Shown: piece by piece, positions 54,153 to 64,000 of the stretch
How the letters are laid out: the number at the start of each line of letters is the position of its first letter
Numbering within the stretch: position 1 is the stretch's first letter
Origin: Eledone cirrhosa
Lineage: Eukaryota
Reading direction: 5' to 3'
NCBI GenBank assembly: GCA_964016885.1
Contig: OZ024746.1
Location: forward strand, 81,592,001 to 81,656,000
Length of the DNA stretch: 64,000 nt
Position numbers and translations under genes: made by a program
Notes under the pieces: model-generated
Told to the model about the DNA's origin: nothing
The model's input: the letters and a program-made list of their open reading frames with translations, nothing else
Database searches by the model: none

Positions 54153-54510
54153 CATATATACATATATATATATACATATATACATATATATATATATATA
54201 CATATATATATACATATATATACATATATATATACATATATATATACATATATATATACATATATATTTTTTTTTTTTTTAGGAACGATCGACGTTCGTC
54301 AAATCGGACCGAGGGAACAATGTTTCCGTTGGTCTTTCCAATTGCTAATACTATCTATCGGTCGCAACTCCAGGTAGAAGGAGCAACGTGAAATAAAGTG
54401 TCTTGCTCAAGGACATAACGCGTCGCCTGGTCCAGGAATCGAACTCACAACCTTACGATTGCGAATCCAATTCTCTAACCACTCAGCCACACGCCTACAT
54501 ATATATATAC

Positions 54511-54541
<31 letters not shown>

Positions 54542-54738
54542 CATATACATACATATATATATATATATCTGTGTGTGTTTACAGAGTTCGATACTTCGGA
54601 GCAGCTGCTGCCCATTCTTTCCGTCTATAGCGGCATCTAAAACTATTTTCTAAGCTACTTTATAGCAATCGACTGTAGTTAGTTAGTTTTTGCGTTTGAG
54701 GATTTTTACATTTTTAATCTACTCAACGCTGTGCGTGC

Positions 54739-54841
<103 letters not shown>

Positions 54842-54844
54842 CGC

Positions 54845-54886
<42 letters not shown>

Positions 54887-54956
54887 GTGTGTGCGCGCGT
54901 GTGTGCGCGTGTGTGTGTGTGAGCGTGTGTGTGTGTGTGTTCACGTGTGTGTGTGT

Positions 54957-55253
54957 AAAGGGTAAACAGAAAATAACAACACAATCGTACAGAATATGGA
55001 AGGAATATATTAGTTTAATGTTTGAAATAACGTTTCGGACGCTAGTCCTTCATCAGAAGAAAGAATGAGAAATTAGAAAGATTGAAGGGACGGGCAGGGC
55101 GGAATCGGAAAAAATGTTTTTAGAGAAAAATAACAGGTCCATTCATGTTGCCATCTCTTGGAAAACTGTTGATGCTGGCGTTTTGCCTATGATAGACTTT
55201 TTTTTAGAAAACTGGATGATGGAGCGCATCTACCTGAAATGGAAAAAATACCG
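54957..55253 (-). mobile_element. Family B HHR-bearing tail next to (GT)n (HHR core at 55029-55060)
   Basis: cgtttcggacgctagtccttcatcagaag is identical to the 30461 copy. The 3' strand of stem I has been removed by a short deletion. Confidence 0.7.
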
Positions 55254-55279
55254 TTATATATATACATATATATACGCGC

Positions 55280-55323
<44 letters not shown>

Positions 55324-56497
55324 CGGGTTCAATCAGAGGTAACCACAGTTATTAAGGTACTCAATACATTAGTAGTGTAGATATTCTGTTTAATATAGAA
55401 ATGGTTTCTACAGGACTAGAACTGTTTCATTAAAAAAAAATGAAACATCAGGCTTTTGAATGAAACATTTCTATTCCTTATTAAACATGATATATATATA
55501 TACAAAATGTGTGTATGCAAAAGGCAAACGGAAACAACACAGTACAATGAAGAAATATATTATTTTAACGCTTGATATAGTAGGAAAGAGATCTTACGTT
55601 TCGGACACAAATCCTCCATCGGGAGATAGAAAGAGAAATAGAATATGAAATAGAAAGATAGAGAGTGCACGTATGTATTCAACCCAATTTCCTCAAAGGA
55701 ATTGGGTCGACTCGAGACTATGGTAAAATATACCTAAGATGCCACACACAGAGATCGAACTTCGAACTCTATAATTGCGTAGCAAGACTTGCCACTACAC
55801 GACAACGAATATTTCCTTTCTTTATAACCTTGCCACCGCAAAGGTGTCCGGTCAAAAATAAACTCAAAATTAAGAGAAAGAGAGAACATACAAACATATA
55901 TACAAGCATACATACATACGTACATAATACATACATACATATATATAAGCATACATACATACATGCATACATAGTACATACATACATACATACATACATA
56001 ATACATAATACATACACACCTAGTAGATTTGATCCTTTCAGGTGATAGGAAATAAATTGACTCTGATAGTATTCACTATTAAAAAGATATCTGGACTAAT
56101 TTAACTATAATAATTATAATCCCATATATAAGTAAGATTAATATTTTAAAAGATTATTTTATAAACGGTTATTTTATACGGAAGTTTTACGAAGTTTTAC
56201 GAAGTTTTACGAAGTTTTACGAAGTTTTTCCTAAAGGTTTGCCCTTTTCAGCTTGTCATAATGCTCTTCGTCTTTTCATTAGACCCACTATCATGCCTGC
56301 TCACAAAACATGGCGGCCATAGAAATTGATCAAGAAGTATCTCCCATCATCGTTTCTTTTTCGATGACCTGACATTGTATGGGCCAAATATCAACCACAT
56401 AAAAAACAACTGGACTTCATTACTCAATTTTCTACAGATATTGGAATGGAACTTGGAGAGACCAAATGTGCATTTTTGACAATAAAACGTGAAAAAA

Positions 56498-56528
<31 letters not shown>

Positions 56529-56637
56529 CATACATACGTACGTACGTACGTACGTACGTACATACATACATACATACATACATACATACATACATACATA
56601 CATACATACATACATACATACATACATACATACATAC

Positions 56638-57388
56638 ATGGTGGCTGCCAACTCGTTTTCGAGTACGGCCACTACTTTATATCTATGTAGGAGAACCCCT
56701 ATCGATGCGCTGAACGAGTGTGACTTTTTAGTCCAGCCAGCGACTTGAAAACTCTGGTACAAACACTACACTTGTGACAAATATTGACACATAGTGCTGG
56801 GCCCATGGTACCATGTGACGACAAGTGCAGAGAGATCTCCAGATATAAAGCAATGCCTGTGCCGTGAAGCTTTTATAATGAGCAAAGGCACTGCACAAAG
56901 CCAGTCCCACTCTCTTAACCAAGATGATATTTACCAAAAAGAAGAACAAGTCAACATCATTGGATACCATCAGGGTTGCAGGTGTTATATCAGTTTTCCT
57001 TCTCCTAGAATTCTGCCTTGACAACGGCTAAGGGGTCATCTCTGCCGGTGATTTTGGATGGCCATTGACTCTTAAGAGCTCCTTTGCCCTTTGACAGGTT
57101 TTGTTTTTAGTCCTACAGTATGTCAAAAGTCACCCTCCTCACCAAGAAACCTTGGTGGGGTTGCCAGTTTAGTCGCCAACGACCCGACCATGAGACATAC
57201 ATACATACATACATACATACATGGTGGCTGCCAACTCGTTTTCGAGTACGGCCACTACTTTATATCCATGTAGGAGAACCCCTACCGATGCGCTGAGCGA
57301 GTGTGACTTTTTAGTCCAGCCAGCGACTTGAAAACTCTGGTACAAACACTACACTTGTGACAATTATTGACACATAGTGCTGGGCCCT
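56638..57388. mobile_element. Family M: longest copy (56638-57195) plus tandem short copy (57221-57388), each bounded by (TACA)n
   Basis: Shared left end atggtggctgccaactcg and TACA tracts on all sides. Confidence 0.85.
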
Positions 57389-58093
57389 ATACATACATAC
57401 ATACACATACATACATACATACATACATACATACATACATACATACATACATACATACATACATACATACATACATACATACATACATACATACACGAAT
57501 ATATGCATAAACTTCATAGTCAATTCATGAACACACACAGGTACACATACATATAAATGGACAGATACATAGATCACTAAGAGGATTATTCGGTATTACT
57601 ATTGGGAAATTAAGTGCGATAAATATAATATGTGGGATAATTTAGCTACAATAAAGATAATCTCATATATAAGTAAGATTAACATTTTAAAAGATTATTT
57701 TAAAAAACGGATATTTTATACGGAAATGCATCCAAATGCAGACCTGCCAACCTGTAAAAACCCCAAAATTCCCCAAAACGGGGAGAAATGAGGCAAAATG
57801 GGGAGATTTTAGATGATGAAAGCTATACCCATTTTCACCAGAGAAGACATCTCTTTTCATAAGGAGTTTCATTGGGATATTCTTCGATACTTAGTCGATA
57901 AATAATAATAAAGATTATATAATTTTATAACAGGACAACTTAAGCAAACGGGGATGTATTGACAATGTGATAAATGCAATGCTTGCAACAAGATTACGAC
58001 ATCTATTAGTTACGCCGCTAATTCAATTTGAGAAATATCTTTGGCTAAATCGATGTGACACTGGTCTATTCTGTCAGTCTAATTCATCTAGAT

Positions 58094-58424
58094 CAGAAGT
58101 TCTCAGAGTGGGCACTACTGCTACCCGGGGGCGTTGAGAAGGTCCAGGGGGAACTGGGGCCTGAGGGCACGGTGAGGGAGAGGCGGTAGAGATAATATAA
58201 TAGTATACTAAATATCAGATGATACATAGTATATAGTAAAATAAAAAATATATTTATTTATACAGAGTATATATTATTATTTATTATATATAAATTAACT
58301 ATTTTATTATATATTATTTACAATTTGCGTGTAGGCAGGTCTTTTTTGAAATAGGGTTGGAGGGCGCTGGGTGTATTACGGGGTCGTGTTGGGGGCGGTG
58401 GCCCCAAAAGTTTGAGAACCTCTG
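58094..58424. mobile_element. hAT MITE
   Basis: Terminal inverted repeats cagaagttctca / tgagaacctctg with near-perfect 8-bp TSD atctagat / agctagat. Confidence 0.75.
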
Positions 58425-59184
58425 AGCTAGATGTAAATAGTCAAGTATATCTCAGTAGTAAATGGAAGAAAGCACTGTATGATTGGTAAACGTTCTAATA
58501 ACGTTCTAATAACTTAGAGCTATGTACAAAGCAAATTATAAGACTGGAATAGAACGGACACTAGAGACCCAGTCTAACAAACCCTCCACCATAACATCCT
58601 AAAATCGACCGTATTGCATATTTAACAATAAATGCAACAGAAAATAAACAGTTTTCATTGCTATTCCGAGATGGATAACAAAGGTACACGAAGAAATGTA
58701 AATATGATTGTGAGTCTTCCATGCCTCTCTGAAAGGTGATGGCATTTTAAATGTAACAGAATTCTACATTAGCTTCCATGGAGCCAAATTATTCACAAAC
58801 GAAATAGTTGATTTCTAAACGGCGGCAATTTGTCTAGGTAAGAGGCCAGTATTTATTTATTTATGAGCTAAAATGCTCCCACCAACTTCTGAACCTAACC
58901 AATACATACTATAACCACAACTCAAGATTGTCAACGGATTTCTCATTAAAAAAATACTAACCTGGTGGAAATTTGATGAACTTTGCTGATTTCACAGGAA
59001 GCACGTATATTTAAGCATACACACAAACATACATTTTCAGATATTTACATAAACGCACTCGTACAGATTCGCCAGTGAACGCTCGCACACAAACACATAT
59101 GTACTTACAAAATGCCTCAACACCTCCATTCATGCACACATACATACATACACACACACATACATACATACATACATACATACA

Positions 59185-59216
<32 letters not shown>

Positions 59217-59307
59217 GAAAGAGCAACTGAAAAGTAAATATTCTTGAGATACTGGCAAGGAAAAAGTCATTATGCGCGCACGCACGCACACACACATGCA
59301 CACACAT

Positions 59308-59357
<50 letters not shown>

Positions 59358-59593
59358 GTGTATATATATATATATATCATATAGGAAAGGCTTCCTTCGG
59401 TCAACACTAGCCGAGCAGCAACCGTCTCTTATCTACGACGCCGTTGTTGTCCCAGTGTCGTCGCAAATAACTTTCTCCAGCCGAGTGGACTGGAGTAACA
59501 TGAAATAACGTACCTTGCTCAAGAATACCATTCGGTCCGGGAATCGAACTCACAACCTTTCGATCTTGAGCTCACCACCCTAACCACAAGGTC

Positions 59594-59768
<175 letters not shown>

Positions 59769-61140
59769 ATTGTTATACTTTGGGAGGGTCATGTTGCCAA
59801 TAAGAAACACACGCACCACATATATATATATATTGAATTACATACAATGCTAAATGTTGTTCTCTGGCTAGTTTTTATATTAATACAACTAAAATTTAGA
59901 AAGAGAAGGGGGAGAAGAGGGTTTGACGTCACAAAATCTATATACGTAGATATATACGCATAATAGAATGCAAGAAGAGAAAAATCGATATAGAAAAAGG
60001 AATAGAGCGATGGAGAGGGGAACGTGGGGAGAAAACGAGCGGGAAAAGAAAAAGCAAAAAGAAAAAGAAGGAAAAGAAACGTAAGGAAAGTGAGATAAAG
60101 AAGATAAAGGTAGAAAAAAGAGTTTATATAATGTTGCTCTTCAATTTCCCAACGGAATATTTAGAAGGATTCCAATGACCAGTTATCTATCCATGTACGA
60201 ATTTTCCCCTCGCTTTCACTTCAATTCAGCCAGTGTCGAGGCTTTACACAAGCATAGTTTTTTCCCATTGCATTCACATAGATTTATCATGTGAATAACT
60301 TTTAATATATATGTGAATCGCCGTTAACTTTGATGGCACAGGCTCACTTGTATTGAGGAAACTGACCAATGAAAATAGAACACACAATAAATTAGCAAAT
60401 GGGACGACGACGACGACCATAGTCAATGCCTTAATAAAACAAAACGAAAAACTAAACAAAACTAAAGCTTTAGACAAAAGAATGGGTCTGCCCCAATGTA
60501 TAGAAAACTAACCCAAATAGAGAAAGAAAACAGATCGGAAGAAGATCGCCTGAATGCTATATATGATAAACTAATTAAAATTTCCTTCACAGGCAAGCAG
60601 GGCAAACATAGAATAGAGATGATTGTTAGGAACTCTAAATTATATAGCACCCTTGGACAAGGAGGTTCTCAAATATAGGTGTATCTGTTTGGGTGCAATA
60701 AGGACAACACTGTGATGATTACACGACTGGGACAGAAACACGGCTCCATAGATGTCCCTAACACTAAAACAAAAATTAGATTGTATTTTTCTCCAAATAG
60801 GTTAATGGTAAATGCATCCTTAGTTTCTAAGAATTATCTCCCCTTAACATTCAGAATAGCTTATGGTAATTACCAACTTTATATCTGCCTTCTTTGTCCG
60901 CGTATGAAATGTTAATAAATTAAGAACATGTACATCATCATCGACTTTAATATGTGTGTGTGTGTGAGTGTGCAAACAAACAAACCAACACACACACACA
61001 CCTATATAGACTCATAATATACATTGATTATCTCCCATTCAAAACCTAAGATACCCACTGAGCAGCATTTCCCCCGAAATGGGTGTATATATGTTATGGA
61101 ATACTGTTAGCTTCTTGCTACAACAATTTCTATACTTTTC

Positions 61141-61196
<56 letters not shown>

Positions 61197-61346
61197 ATTA
61201 TTATTATTATAAACAATTGTTCTCGGTATGGTGAACTAACTGTTGTGTTACTACTTCTACCAAACTCGTCCCATGGATTGAGTGCTCTACTACTACAGAT
61301 ATTACCCTTCAGTGTTCTACCTTTATATATATATATATATATATAT

Positions 61347-61618
61347 GAGAAAGGGAGAGAAAGTATAAAAGGAGAGCAAGAAGAGCAAGGGTAAAAGGAG
61401 AGCAAGGAGAGCAATAGGAAAAGGAGAGTAAGGAGAAAGGGATAGCAAGGAGAGCAATGAGAAAAGGAGAGCAAGGATAAAGGGAGATCAAGGAGAGCGA
61501 TGAGAAAGGGAGAGCAAGGAGAAAAGGAGAGCAAGGGTAAAGGGAGAGCAAGGAGAAAGGGAGAGCAACGAGAAAAGGAGAGCAAGGAGAACAATGAGAA
61601 AGGGAGAGCAAGGAGAGG
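61347..61618. repeat. Purine-rich degenerate minisatellite (ggagagcaa / gagaaa blocks)
   Basis: Directly visible, with strong purine strand bias. Confidence 0.85.
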
Positions 61619-61688
61619 TTAAGGCAAATATTGCTCAACGTTTCTCTTATAGAAGTTGTGTGGGGTGTTTCTGTTGATTGAAAAAAAA

Positions 61689-61742
<54 letters not shown>

Positions 61743-62088
61743 CATTTTCGTTTTATTTGTTAAACTATCTCTCTACCCGCTAAAATATGAAGTCTGCACC
61801 ACCCGAAACATACTGTTAATATACATACTGATGAATAAAAATTGCAGTAGAATTATCCACCACATTAAATGTCTTTTTTATTAAGACATTAAATACATCG
61901 TTACACTGTATAATTCATTCACTAAATAAATTCAAACCTAATACCTATGATTATCCCGATTTAAAAAAAGGGGAGAAAAGAAGATTTAGTGGATTATTGT
62001 ACTTTTAAATAGGAAGTCGCGAAAAACTGACACGAGGAAATAAAAGCTAAACAACAAATGAATAAACAAATAAACAAATAAATAAATT

Positions 62089-62430
62089 AATTGTTTCTAC
62101 TTTTGGCACAAGGCCAGCAATCACCTCAGTGTATTACTGGTGTTTCATTTTATCGACCCCGTAAGGATGAAATGCAAAGTTAACCTCGGCGGGATTTGAA
62201 CTCAGAATGTAAAGGACCATAACTCTATGCTGCAAAGCATGGTGTCTGACGCTCTACCGATACTGCCAACCCAACGCCTGATTTCTAATTTAGGGACAAG
62301 GCCAAAAAATTTGAAGGGAGAGGAAAGTCGATTACATCGATCCACTACTAGACTGGTACTTTAATTTAGCGACCTCCTTGGAGCAGATTTGACCTCGGTG
62401 GGATTTGAACTCGGAATGTAAAAATCTGGG
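62089..62430 (-). mobile_element. Two adjacent SINE S1-like copies
   Basis: 62089-62278 is a full reverse S1 and 62281-62430 is diverged. Confidence 0.8.
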
Positions 62431-63028
62431 TAAAATACTTCAAACCAATTCTTCAGATGCTCTAACAATTCTAAATACATAATAAATTTTAAAAATGGAA
62501 AAAAATTTGATTTTTTTTTTTTTTTTTTCGTTAAAGTTTTTGTAGTATTCTTCGATTCAATGTTCACGTAATGAAACACACACTGAAGGAGACTTTAAAT
62601 AGTCAATGAACTTGTTAGAAATATCAAAAAAATATCATTCAAATAACCCCTCTCCGGCTTGATTTTAGAGTATAAATATAATCCTAGATACACTGTGTCT
62701 GAAAATAAGACGGTGTGATACGTTTTTATCAGAGGTTTTCTCACCACCACCAACATAAAGTAATGTAACAGTTGGGTTGTGTGTATATTACACAGACATA
62801 ACGGTACGAGAGGGACCTATAAAAAATGAAAAAAATAAACTTTTTAGTTCTTAAGTATGGTTTTATTAATATTGAAGAAATAGTGCATTAAATTTTTTTA
62901 ATATTTCATATATACTTCTCACGTTACTCTGTCAGATGACGTACACAAAAAGAAATTTACATTCATGCATATTATACATGAATGCATTCATACACAGCTG
63001 TACATATATACATCAATGTATTCCTACC

Positions 63029-63063
<35 letters not shown>

Positions 63064-63704
63064 GGATGCATTCATATATCCATACATATACACATGAATG
63101 CATTCAGATATCCATGACTGAGTTGTTAGAGAATTGGATTCGCAATCGTGAGATTGTGAGTTCGATTCCCTTTATGTCACAATGCTCATTCTACCTGAAG
63201 TTGCGACCGATAGATAGTATTAGCAATTGGAAAGACCAATGGAAACATTGTTTCCTCGGTCCGATCTGACGAAAGTTGATCGACTGTCTATATATATATG
63301 TATTTATACATACATACAAGTATGATGATGATTGTTTCAGTTTGTCAGATGATATTCGGCTCATTGGAAACATCTGTACATCACTGGCTTACAGTGTTAT
63401 ATAATTGTACGTCTCACCATTGCCTAAGTAATTAGATGTTGACTAATTAAATAAATGTAGATGAATAAAAGATCATCAGAAACTATTTCAATCGCAAGTT
63501 TTATATCACTGAGCTTTCTCCTAAACTTTTTCTGCTAAAAGATATCCACCCATCAATAGGAAGATGTTTTCTAGGTTTTCTTTCTCCGAAAGGTTTTACT
63601 GCGCACCCAGACATTGATCTGTATAACTCTACAACTCCATGGAAATATGTATAAAACACCAGTTGTCTTAAGAAACTTTGAGAACATTTGAAATGTCGCC
63701 CATA

Positions 63705-64000
63705 ATAATTGTTTCTACTTTAGGCACAAGGCCAGCAATTACCCAGTGCATTACTGGTACTTTATTTTATCGACCCCGTAAGGATGAAAGGCAAAGTCAA
63801 CAATAACCGATCATTATAAATAGTTGAGAAAATAGGATAAAGTATCCCTGGAAACGGAAAAATAGACAGAGGCGCCCCTAGCCACTTTTTCGTGTCTTCA
63901 GATGTATTTTACCCGATTTTCTCAGCTATTATTTATAATTGTTTCTACATTTGGCACAAGGCCAGCAATTACCCAGTGCATTACTAGTACTTTATTTTAT
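63705..64000 (-). mobile_element. Two SINE S1 3' fragments separated by an imperfect hairpin
   Basis: ataattgtttctac...ggcacaaggccagcaattacccagtgc at ~63706 and ~63935. Confidence 0.75.

Noticed and set aside
60496-60915. Short coding-looking ORFs (MYRKLTQIEKEN...)
   Set aside because: They are short and interrupted by a stop, with no recognisable domain or clear splice sites. A homology search would be needed.

Overview
AT-rich, microsatellite-dense animal genomic DNA. The SINE, LINE and simple-repeat content suggests an octopus/cephalopod intergenic or intronic region (inference). I found no credible host protein-coding exon, and nearly all ORFs in the supplied track are translations of simple repeats. 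The window is a mosaic of mobile DNA. It has two Penelope-like (PLE) GIY-YIG endonuclease remnants, several RTE and R4/Dong-like LINE remnants, about 18 copies of a tRNA-derived SINE, non-autonomous Helitrons, hAT MITEs with 8-bp target-site duplications (TSDs) and a 25-bp minisatellite with an 822-bp higher-order duplication. The main hidden signal is about 20 intact or degenerate type I hammerhead ribozyme (HHR) motifs from several families, found by eye on both strands and sitting in short islands inside (TA)n or (CA)n tracts. The clearest case is 50133-52825: four near-identical ~497-bp tandem units plus an inverted 1.5-unit block. Each unit carries a minimal HHR, many hairpins and an octamer motif, which fits a young retrozyme-like array probably mobilised by PLE machinery. 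All structures are manual predictions and none has been computed or tested.
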